This document shows positions 52,766 through 64,000 of a stretch of 64,000 nt of DNA, piece by piece. Source of the DNA: Daphnia carinata. Its lineage: Eukaryota. The notes beneath the pieces were generated by a model. It worked only from the letters and a program-made list of their open reading frames with translations. It made no database searches and was not told the origin of the DNA. The stretch covers positions 12,958,001 through 13,022,000 of the forward strand of contig NC_081333.1 of NCBI RefSeq assembly GCF_022539665.2. The letters run 5' to 3'. Within the stretch, counting starts at the first letter, position 1, and every line of letters starts with the position of its first letter. Both the position numbers and the translations under genes were made by a program.

Positions 52766-54415
52766 ATGACAGGTGTTGGCATGGAGCTGGCAGAACAGCA
52801 GCTCTTTTGGAAAACGCTTTTTGAAGAGAAACAGTTAGCTCCAAAGTTGGCCTTGTTGGCAACTGTTGACGGTGTTACGTACGACGACATGCCCCAATAT
52901 GGACAGGTGCATGTTTCAGTCCATTCCGCATCCAACCTCGGGGATAATTTTATGAGCGACACGTTCACTGTGTCAGCCCGATTAAAGCGACGTTACACCA
53001 CCAAGACTTATAAAGCCTTTGCCAAGGTAGAAAACTTATTTTTGCTAATTTAATTTATTTCGTTTGGATTACGGAGAGTTTTGCTTTTGTGCCAAAACCA
53101 GATACTGCCTTCCAATCTATTGCTACGTCAAGCAGCTTATGAATCGCACACTCATCATCACGAGATGCACATGTATCTTCATTTCTTCGGTCTCCTACGC
53201 GAAATGCATGTTGGACAACCCATCACGCTCGATGTCCCTAATATTTACTACGTCAACATTGAAGAAATTGTCCAAGATAAGACGGATGGATCAGGCACTT
53301 GCATTGTCCTCGAAGATCTTTCATCGCAAGGTTATTGCATGTCGGATAAATTTGGAGGGGCCGATTACCGGCACTGCCACATGGCATTAACTTCACTGGC
53401 CCATTATCACGCTTTAACTCTGAATGCCGTGAGAACGTGGCAAGATCCGTCCACTGGCGAATTATCCAATTTGCCGCATTCTGCAAGGTTTCTAACACAA
53501 GAAAAGACTGTTTACGAACTCAGTGCGGTTCAAATTGCCAAAGACTTTTGCAATCGTATGATCGAGTTTACCCAAGATGTCAAAAGACCAGACGTAAGCT
53601 GATTAGAAATTTTAATTACACGAAAGTTAGTACCTAATCTTTATCCTTTACAACATCATCAATTAGCTGGCTGAATGGCTTCAAAAGTTGATAAACGACC
53701 GGCTGTCTGAAGTCGTCCTAGTTGATACGGTGCAATCGTGTGGACCACTGGCCTGCGTACTACATGGGGACTTCTGGAACAACAACATGCTATTCAAGTA
53801 TTCAGAAGAAGCTCAGCAAGGTGGAATCAATAACATTCCCGTTTCCTTAAAGTTGATTGACTTTCAACTTTCGAGGATTGGCCATCCAGTGACTGACATC
53901 CTCTATTTCATGTACGCCAGTGCCCAGCCAGAGGTTAGACAGCGACACATGCAGGGATTGTTACGTCATTATTTTGATACGTTGAATGCCGACTTGCGGC
54001 TGTTTGGTGTTACACTTCCTTATTACACCTTGCAAGATTTTCTAAACGATTATAAGAAGAGATCGTTGATGGGGCTAATCTTTGGTGGCTTGATCATGTC
54101 CATGGGACTGGCCAAAGCCGTCGTTTCTACGATGCAACATTTGGACGCGGAAGAACACCTTAAAGGGACAAGCAGCAAAGGACCTAGTATACCATCTTTT
54201 ATTATTGAGGTGGCATTCGAAAAATTAAATTTTTATTATCGTATTTGTTTATAGTTAATGAAACACACGAAGAAGAGTTCAGTGGGAAGAGCGCCTCATT
54301 TGAAGAGACGATGAAGAACATGATGACGTCTCACAAACTTAGTGATAATCCAATTTTAACTGATCGTCTTTTGAAACTCATCACGGAAGTTTATAGCCTA
54401 CACAATACGCCATAA
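52766..54415 (+). CDS. Ecdysteroid kinase-like (EcKL/CHK, DUF227) protein 1, 4 exons
   Basis: GDNFMSD, VLEDL, LAHYHA, LHGDFWNNNMLF, LIDFQ, DILYFMY motifs. Confidence 0.88.
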
Positions 54416-55037
54416 ATAAGAAATTGTTAACGTCCACTTGGTAAATAAAAATTTCTTTCAACCACTTGCAAAAAGTGCCAAACTTGTTTTCATTTGACAA
54501 ACAGCAATCTGTAGAGTTCCGACCAAATAAAACAAATGTTCTCAACTGTTAAAAGTATGAAGGCTGCAACACGTCACTAAACAAATAAGCCTTTCCTTAA
54601 AAAAACAAAAGCGGTATTCATTTGGTTATTAGTACAGAGATGCAACATTAGGAGATAAGAATACAGATGACAAAAGTATAGGCCATTATTCCATATCTAA
54701 ATCGGTGCATGTTGTTGTACACTTCGGATGGGACCTCAGGGCACTGGACCTCGACTGGCCACCAGTTCGTTATTTACTCAAGTTCCGTTATCTCTCTACT
54801 ACGCAAGTTGTGCATTTGCTTTTGATACGTCCACATCGCAGTTGTTTCTGCTCTTTTCTTTTCTACATTCCAAGGTAAAAAAAAGAAGCTCAAATTAACG
54901 TTGCAAAAAAAGAAAAGCCCCAAAATTTTGATTCCATCTTCTAGTTGCAATCTGAACTTCATCGTTCGTGTCCACACCAACCAGCCGACTTATCCCATAC
55001 CTGTCCTTGGACTTAATTCTCAGTTGAGATCGACACC

Positions 55038-56660
55038 ATGACGAGCACAATAAAAAACCTGGTGGAACGTCAAACGTTTTGGCAAACACTCTTCGAATCC
55101 AAAAAATTATCGAGTCAGCTGATCTCTTTGGCAACAGATCACATTGATGGCGTCACTTACGATGACCTGCCCAACTACGAACAAGTGCGTGTCGTGGTCA
55201 GACCTGCGTCCAGTCTAGGAGACAATTTCATGAGCGACACATTTATTGTTACGGCTCAAATCAGCGGCTGTGGCACCATTAAAAGTGAAGCTGACACTTT
55301 GAGCACCTTTGTCAAGGTAAACCTGTTTAGAAATGAATTGCTCTAATAAAAAAAGTAGTAAGTATGTCGTCCTTAGGTGCTGCCTGCGAATTTCTTGCTA
55401 CGTCAAGCAGCTTATCAATCTGGCGTCCATCATCGCGAGATCAAGATGTACGATCATTTCTTTGGCCTCATCGGGGAAATGTATGCTGATCAACCGATAC
55501 CGTTCAATGTTCCAGATTGCTAGTACACCCATGTGGAGGAGGTTGTCAAGGGCGAAACGGATGGGTCGGGTATTTGCATCTTGCTCCAAGACCTCAAAGC
55601 AGAGAATTATCGCATGGCCGATAAAACGCAAGGAGCTGACTATCGTCACTGTCACATGGCATTGACATCCTTAGCTCATTTTCACGCTCTTACTCTCAAC
55701 GCGTTGAGGAAGTGGAAAGATCCGTCCACCTGCCAACTATCGAATTGCCCGCCAAACGCGAAATTTCTCCAGGATGAGAAAACGTTTTACGATTTTGGTA
55801 TGGCTCAACACATTCAAAACTCTTCGAAATCCATGCTGGACTTTATCCAAGAAGCCAACAGGCCCGATGTAAATATAGACTCATTTTTATACAATAATGT
55901 CAGTCAAATAAAGGTCTTGCTAATTCGCAGCTTGTGGAATGGTTTGCTGAAGTGCTGCAACGTATCCACGAAGTCGTTTTGATCGACACGGTTGAAAGTA
56001 GTGGTCCATTAGCGTGCGTCTTGCACGGCGATTATTGGCTCAACAACATGCTGTTCAAATACGAAGATGATGGCGAACAGAATTCTATTCCAATTGCCTT
56101 TAAAATGATTGATTTTCAAGTGGCTAGAATTGGCCATCCTCTTAATGATATTCTCTACTTCATGTACTCGAGTGCTGCTCCGGAGACGAGAGAGAAACAT
56201 ATGCTCGTTTTACTTCGTTATTATTTTGATACTTTAATGACTAATTTGAGGTTACTTGGCGTTTCGCTCGATGAGTACACTTGGCAAGATTTTTTGGACG
56301 ATTACAAGAAGAGATCGCTGATGTGGATGTTGATGGGCATCGTTGTTATGTCGGCTTCCCTCAACAAGACAGCTGTCAACGATTTACAAGAGCTAGATGC
56401 CGAGGAAAAGCTGAAGGGACCTAAACCAGGTCTGTATACTCTTCTATCTTTTTTTACTGGATTCATTTTATTTTCAACTGTTAAATAATGTAGGGATCGA
56501 TACGGAAACGATCAAAAGCGAAAGTGGATTCAGTCTCGAACTGGAGGAAACGATGAAAAATATGACGGCCAGCCAAAAGTTGAGCGATAATCCAATTCTA
56601 ACTGATCGCCTTGTTAAACTCATATGCGAAGTCAAAGCTTTAAACTGTTCACAGAAATAG
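55038..56660 (+). pseudogene. EcKL protein 2 with an in-frame TAG at 55521-55523, otherwise intact
   Basis: Same motifs as copies 1 and 3; reads PDC*YTH where copy 3 has PDCYYTH. Confidence 0.7.
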
Positions 56661-57296
56661 GTTTCCTTTTTCGAGCTGATTATATAAACAATACAATAAA
56701 TATAATCGATTTGTGATCTTGACCTATTTTATTGTCACGGATTTTAGTGTCTTTGTTTCTCGTTCGCTTAAAAGGCAGACGAAAGTAATCATTTTTCATC
56801 GTCAAACTGTTTTCGCATCAGGGGGGAAAGCTTCACGAAAGATAACGGTAAGATAATTCGATAAGGTATACGTGTCGAAAGCGAACAATGCAAGGCGCAA
56901 TTAATAAAGCTCTACGATAAAACGTTTATAGGCAGAAACAATTAAATTAAACGATTAGAAAAGCACGCTCAGCGAATTATTAATTCAATGCAAAATCAAT
57001 TGTCAAGAAAACGAACACAAATCCCGTAAAAATGATGTGAATTAATTTTAAGAAGCAAATGAAAAAATTTTGATGACCTTTCACACAGATCAACAGGTAG
57101 ATAATGTGATAACACAGCATTATCTGCAATGGGACTCGTAAGTTATATTCTATGCTTTACAGATAAACTGACTGATAAATTTTAAGCAATTTCGAGTAGC
57201 AAGTGAGGGTTGCTAAGTGTTTTAAAAACCAGTATTTTACAATAGCAGCTCGCACAAGTTCTTGTCTTACTAGCCTCAAGTGCAATTAAACCTGAA

Positions 57297-59610
57297 ATGT
57301 CATCGACTACTGCCGTAAATGTAGATGGCATCGAATTTGATCGCAATGATCTTTTGGGTAGTGGTGCCTACGGTTCAGTGTATCGTGGTAAATATAAAAA
57401 TCAAAGTATAGCAGTAAAAAGAATTCTGAAGATAAAAGGCAAAGATGAAGGAGCTGACAACGAGTTAAAAATTCTGAAACCGTTAGACCATCCCAATATA
57501 GTTAAACTACTTCACTCGGCAAGTGATGTCGACTTCAAGTAAGATTATTTACGTGTTTAACTTTGAATTAAGCTGAGAATTTCCATACGATTTCTGTGAT
57601 TTAGTTACTTTGCTTTGGAATTATGCGACGCGTCCATGGATCAGGTGTTTCTAAATGAGAACGATCCTCGCAAATATAAAGGACCTGCATTGCCGAATAA
57701 TTTCGAGGTTTTTACCCAGTTAGCCACTGGTCTCGAATACATTCATTCAAAGAACGTAATCCACCGGGACATTAAACCGGGCAACATTCTCATTTCTGTG
57801 AAACATACTGACCAAGGGGAAGAGATAAAGATCAAGTGGGCTGATTTTGGATTGTCACGAGAAGTGAGTGAAAGGGGAACATTCATAATGAGTGCAGTCA
57901 GAGGGACTCTACTTTGGTTCTCTCCCGAAGAGATGGAAATTCGTGGCAAAAACCTACGAATCGAAGAAACTAGCGGCTCTATCAAAAGCGACGTATACGC
58001 AGAAGGTCTCGTCTTTGGTTATATTCTCTTGAGAGGAAGACATATCTACGGCGAAAATGAGTTACAAATTGTAAAGAACATTACAGACAACAAACCCACC
58101 AGTCTGAATGGTAAGTTAGCTCTTGAGGCAGATCATATAACACAAGCATATCAATTAAATGTTTAAAATTTAAAATATAATAGAAATTCATCCCAAGCAT
58201 TTAGCCCGTAACTTAATAGCAGACATGCTGATCAAGACACCTGACAAAAGAATTACATCCAAACAAGTTGTTGATCAACTTCAATCCATAAAAATCGAAG
58301 TAAAGAAATTACACAAGTTTAACAACGTCTTCGTCAATGAAATTTGGGTTCTCTAACAAATGTTTTCCATTTAGCTTACGGAGGAAGAAAAAAATCTGCG
58401 TCGGTTGTGTGCAGATCAACGTCCAACGCCAGAATATAGCATATTACCACAATGGATATTCGGATATCCAAGAGATATAAGGAATGATATCAAATCTTTA
58501 ATGCAACTCGGTATCGACGTAAACGCAAAGAACGAAGATGGATGGAATGCGCTTCATCTTTTGTGTTCTTACAATTCAAGCCCACACTTAATCGATGCGA
58601 TTAAACTCTTGATCGAACTCGGCATCGACAAGCACGCAAAGAACAACAATGGATCCAATGCACTTCATCTTTTGTGTTTTAACAATTCAAGCCCACACTT
58701 AATCGATGCGATTAAACTCTTGATCCAACTCGGCATCGACAAGGACGCCAAGAACAATGAAGGATGGAATGCGCTTCATTATTTGTGTCGATACAATTCA
58801 AGCCTACACTTAACCGATGCGATTAAACTATTGATCGAACTCGACATCGACGCCAAGAACAATGATGGATGGAATGCGTTTCATTTATTGTGTCGACACA
58901 ATTCAAGCCTACACTTAACCGATGCGATTAAACTCTTGATCGAACTCGACATCGACAAGGACGCAAAGAACAACAATGGAGCCAATGCACTTCATCTTTT
59001 TTGTTCTAACAATTCAAGCCCACACTTAATCGATGCGATTAAACTCTTGATCGAACTCGGCATCGACAAGGATGCAAAAAACAAGGATGGATGGAATGCG
59101 CTTCATTTTTTGTGTCTGAACAATTCAAGCCTACACTTAACCGATGCGATTAAACTCTTGATCGAACTCGACATCGACAAGGACGCAAAGAACAACAATG
59201 GAGCCAATGCACTTCATCTTTTGTGTCGATACAATTCAAGCCCACACTTAATCGATGCGATTAAACTCTTGATCGAACTCGGCATCGACAAAAACGCAAA
59301 GAACAACAATGGAGCCAATGCACTTCATCTTTTGTGTTTTAACAATTCAAGCCCACACTTAATCGATGCGATTAAACTCTTGATCGAACTGGGCATCGAC
59401 AAAAACGCAAAGGACAACAATGGATTGAATGCGCTTCATCTTTTGTGTGTTAACAATTCAAGCCCACACTTAATTGATGCAATTAAACTCTTGATCGAAC
59501 TGGGCATCGACAAAAACGCAAAGGACAACGATGGACGCAATGCGCTTTATTATTTGTGTTCTAACAATTCAAGCCCAAACTTAAACGATGCGATTAAACT
59601 TTGGATCTAA
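57297..59610 (+). CDS. IRE1-like Ser/Thr kinase fused to a C-terminal ankyrin array; exons approx. 57297-57538, 57605-58110, 58184-58299, 58375-59610
   Basis: GSGAYGSV, AVKRI, HRDIKPGNIL, ADFGLSR, SPEE, KSDVY; ten 37-aa ankyrin repeats. Confidence 0.88.
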
Positions 59611-59660
59611 CTCGGCATCGACAAGGACGCAAAGGACAACGATGGATCAAATGCACTCGA
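58531..59660 (+). repeat. Tandem 111-bp coding repeat, 10 units plus a partial cap; unit 3 lacks 6 bp
   Basis: Recurring AACAATTCAAGCCCACACTTAATCGATGCGATTAAACTCTTGATCGAACTC. Confidence 0.95.
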
Positions 59661-62468
59661 TTTGTGCCGGCTCAACACAAATCTTACAAACTGCAACGTA
59701 GACGAAATCTTTAAATCGTATGAGGTGCACTTATAATGATATTAAAGCTATTCGCAAGATGAACAGGCAAACAGAACGCTGCGTTGCAACAAACGAAATT
59801 CTCGGCAAAGTGCGGCTTATTATAGTTATTAGACAGTGCGACGCACCACATCAGCTGGAGTATGAAGAAAACGAACCGTCTAACACAATTGAATAAAAAA
59901 GTTTGGGGAAACTTAACGAAAACTCCCGTAACTTGACGGAAAAATAAAATAACTCTGCGGAAAAACAATCTCCGTTTGCTGGGCCAACTGCAAAAAGAAC
60001 GACCACACGTCCACTAACACAACTCTGCTATCGTTGGAAACCTCCTTTTAGCAGAAACATGAGGCATCAGGCGAGTAATTGTGAGCTATCTATGAGAATA
60101 AAGTGCGACCCCAGTTCTACATCAACAACACAAAGTCAAACGGTATGCAATGGCGGTATCCTGAAACGCCGACAGTTACCCGCAATAGTAAACGAAGTCG
60201 AATCAACCATATTAGGCGCGTAAAATTATCGAAGAATGCAGACTCAACATGGAAGATAAGCGTCAAATTTGAGCAACAAACACATAGCCATAATTGTAAT
60301 AGAAATTTGTCAAAGCCAAATAAGTAGTGCCTCTAAGGAAACCAACTCAACTTTGTTGTTAATCCATTTACTTAATTTACTTTCACCTAAAATATTTTTT
60401 TTCTCAAATTCCGAGGAAAACACATACCAATCAAAAAAGTTAATTCGATCCTCCACACAATCTAACGTGCGCGCACAGCTCTTAAGTTTTGTAAAATGTA
60501 AAAGCCGAATACAAAAACTAACCTGGAAATGAACGACGTGATCTTCATCGAAAGTAGGTAATTTGCTGGACACCACACACATTTGATATTTAGACGCTTT
60601 CCGCTTTACACCTGGAGTTTTGATGATTGCAGCGTGGTCACCAATTAGCTGACTTGTGGTCCATCGTAAACTGACATGTAAACATTCGACCACTGATGGA
60701 CAATCAGCTTGTGGTATGGCGATGTTTCCAGGGTTTAAACCATTGGACAGTTTCAAAACCAAGTTTGCCAGTTTCATCACCAGGACTTGCTTCATTCATC
60801 AACAAACTAAGCAAAAAAGAAGCAAATAAAAAAAATCATCGTTTAGTGAAAGAGAACGGCACTGTAAACATTTAGCTCATTATTAGAGGATAACAAATAC
60901 TTTGCAGGTGACTCTTTATTTCTAAAACATTCCCCGTTTCAAAAGGCATATATTGCAAGCAATATTGATCCAAAATGTCCAAGTTTCTTATGGCAGCCAT
61001 GAATCGAAAAATATTGAAATTGACCATCGTGCAAGCCTAGTCGAATGATCCAGGGTCAGCCTTAGATGCGACTGCATTTACCACATAAATGTAACATTTT
61101 GCTTTCGTGTCAATGGAATTTTCTAAACAAGTTTACGTCATTGATTGTATGATAAATGTTCTTACCTGCTTTTATGTCCTGCAAAGAAAAGGTGGCAACG
61201 CTCTCACAAACTGGCGAAGAAGCAAAAGGAAAAGGTGCACGTTCATGGGACAGAAATTCACTACTGCACATTGTGGCACTCCACCAGACCAGAGACTAAA
61301 GCGAAAAGCACCGATCCCCACTTTAGGCCAGGTAGACATACTCAGTCTTTCCGGTGGTGGCGCACGGAACTTATACCCGCCGTTTGTTGCGGGGGAGGGT
61401 GGGAGAGAAACTTTACAAGGACACTGTAAGGTCTCATTAGCAAGAATTTGGAAAATTCAAAAAGACAAAGATGATAAATAATAGACGAAAGGAAAACATG
61501 GATTACAGAGAACTCACCCCCCCCCCCCCCCCGAGTTGAAAAGGAAACAGGCAATTTATTGTTAAAGATAACAAAACTTACCAGGTTCATTGAACCATCG
61601 TTGAGCTATTGTTCCATAGGCGGGAGAACTCGTGTCTCATTGCCTTTTGTCCCTGAGCTAGCCAGCATGGTTTTACTTCCCGTACCTCTAGCGCTAATGG
61701 TGAGAAGGCGGGTGTGTTATAAACATGTGCAGTGAAACGCAAATACTATGTCATTCCATTTTCTTTATCCGATATCATAAATTTTTCTTGTCTAGTAGTA
61801 CACATATTTTAAACAAAACATTTCTAAAATAAAATTTTTTTAACATTTTGAATAATGCATTCCAAAACGAAAATAGTCTTCCAATGATTGTATCGATTCT
61901 TACACGATCAATCAGCGAAATCGGTACACGTGCTCGACGAAAAGTAGGAGGGATGGCTTTCTCTCAGTGTGTGCAACAAGATGTCTGTGACAATACGTTA
62001 AACTCCCGCCATCCCCCACCCCAAAAAGGAAAATGAAATTAAATTAAATATCAAGTTGTAATTGCTTGCATTTCGAATTTCCTTCTGCACATGCTGCCTC
62101 GGTGTCCCGGTGATGATCTGATATCAGTTGAGTCCTAGCATTCGGACAGATAAGAACAGGATGTCCGTGTAAAGTAGGTCAATCACGGACATCGTAGCTT
62201 GGTTCGAGAGGTGACATTTTTGCTTGTAGTTGGTGTTCTTTTTCATTCACGTTCAGTTCAGTGCCAACTCCTCTGGACACCAGACATCGAAGGCGCTTAC
62301 AATTCACTGTGTTTACTTACCTAAGTATAAAGTGTCAAGCGAACTTTTAGTTTCATCGCCCATTTTCAACTGACAAAAAGGTTCATTTTTCTTGTAAGAC
62401 ATTTGATGTTGGTCGGTGTACAATTTTTCCATTAAATATCACCAAACTATACATGTTCATGTTACACA

Positions 62469-64000
62469 ATGCAGAAAGTACAGCATAACCAAGCCTCTAA
62501 AATGAGTGAAGAAATCAAGACCCTGAGTGATAAACAACTTTTTTGGAAAACCCTTTTTGAAACCAAAAAATTGGCTGCCCAGCTGAGCTCCATGGTGACG
62601 AGTCACGTTAATGGCGTCACCTACGATGACATACCCCAGTACGGAAAAGTGCACGTCGTGGCTCAATCTGGCTCAAATTTAGGTGACAATTTCCAGAGCG
62701 ACACGTTCATTGTGACTGCACGGCTGTTGCAAGGCCAACACTTGAGTACTTTCATCAAGGTATTGATTTACCTATTCACTTGCCATTTCAAAAGTTCACG
62801 TTTTGTTTTCAACAGGTACTGCCATCGAATTCCTTTCTGCGCCAAGCTGTGGACGAGTCTCGTGTCCATCAACGCGAGATCAACATGTACCAACATTTTT
62901 TCGCTCTCCTGCGAGAGATGCATGCCGACCAACCGATTCCCTTGGACATCCCAGATTGTTACTACACCCATCTGGAGGAAGTTGTCAAGGGCGAGACGGA
63001 CGGATCGAATACTTGCATCGTACTTGAAGACTTGAAAACAGAGAATTATCGCATGGTGGATATAACAGGAGGACTCGATTATCGTCATTGCCACATGGCT
63101 CTGACATCGCTAGCTCATTATCACGCTCAAACGCTAAATGCATTGAGAACTTGGAAAGACTTGTCCACAGGAGAGTTATCCAAGGTGCCACCTGCAGCAA
63201 AATTTATTTTTGATGAAATGTCCATGTTTGACATGGGTATCACCCATGCCCTTCAGAATTTTGCCACCACTGTCGTCGATTTTGCTAAACCAGTTAACCG
63301 ACCTGATGTAAGTATAGCTATTTGTTTAGATATTTTTAGTATTTGACTGTTCTTAGCCATTGAATTTTACAGCTCTATTGTTGTTTAATCATTAACAGTT
63401 AGTCGAGTGGTTGACGGATCTTCAGCAACGGCTACCGGAGATCATGTTAGTCGACAATTTGGAGAGCAGCGGTCCATTGGCTTGCATTCTTCATGGGGAT
63501 TTCTGGAACAACAACATGCTGTTCAAATACGCAGAGCAGTCGGATCGCCCTGAAGATGGAAATAAAGAGAATGCACCAGCAGACATTCCTGTTTCGTTGA
63601 AAATGCTCGACTTTCAGCAATCGAGGATAGGCCATCCTCTCAGCGATGTGCTTTACTTCATGTACACGAGCACAATGCCCGAGTTGAGGGAATGTCACAT
63701 GCTCGATTTGCTTCGCCATTATTTCGATACGTTGACGACTGATTTGCTAGTTCTCGGCATTTCACTCGACAACTACACCTGGGAAAATTTTATGGAAGAC
63801 TACAAGAAAAGATCCTTGATGTGGATGTTTGCTGGCGTCTTGATGATTACCATGACCCAAAACAAGCAAGCCGCTTCCACTTTACAAGACATGGATGAGG
63901 CAGAACAAAAGAAAGGTCCTACATCAGGTACAGCAAATCGTTCCTTAAATATGATTACTGTTGTAATTATGATAAAATTTCGTATTGGTGGCTGTTTGAT
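62469..64000 (+). CDS. EcKL protein 3; last exon lies beyond the window (start may be the ATG at 62502)
   Basis: GDNFQSD, VLEDL, LAHYHA, LHGDFWNNNMLF, MLDFQ motifs; same intron positions as copies 1 and 2. Confidence 0.88.

Noticed and set aside
58531..59660. Regular repeat with variable inserts resembling a CRISPR array
   Set aside because: Units are in-frame 111-bp ankyrin coding repeats in a spliced eukaryotic gene; there are no unique spacers or cas genes.
59750..61750. ORFs of 161, 124 and 94 aa downstream of the ankyrin gene
   Set aside because: No recognisable family or consistent exon structure; left unannotated.

Overview
Eukaryotic, intron-rich invertebrate DNA. Very short (~55-80 bp) GT-AG introns and the gene families present suggest a Daphnia-like crustacean (inference). 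Left to right: the 3' part of an LRR/F-box-type gene; three small Tyr/Pro/Ala-rich secreted cuticle-type genes; a ~16.6 kb class XVIII myosin gene (PDZ, motor, IQ, coiled coil) with three candidate alternative first exons, a GC-AG intron and an in-frame TAG; and six tandem fatty-acid-binding protein (FABP) genes split by a ~15 kb repeat-rich block. After these come mitochondrial peroxiredoxin (Prx3-type) tail-to-tail with sulfite oxidase, and three ecdysteroid-kinase-like (EcKL) genes with an IRE1-like kinase-ankyrin gene between the second and third. The repeat-rich block holds a ~4.6 kb palindrome whose arms carry a spliced orphan ORF, tRNA-derived remnants in the palindrome spacer, a third diverged copy hit by a solo LTR, and a 330 bp TTAA-flanked piggyBac-like MITE. 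The two most striking observations are (1) the MITE interior, which reads as a densely folded minus-strand RNA with two cUNCGg tetraloops and G-U pairs, and (2) the ankyrin array, whose near-identical 37-aa repeats vary mainly at the target-binding positions. All calls are by eye; no searches were run.
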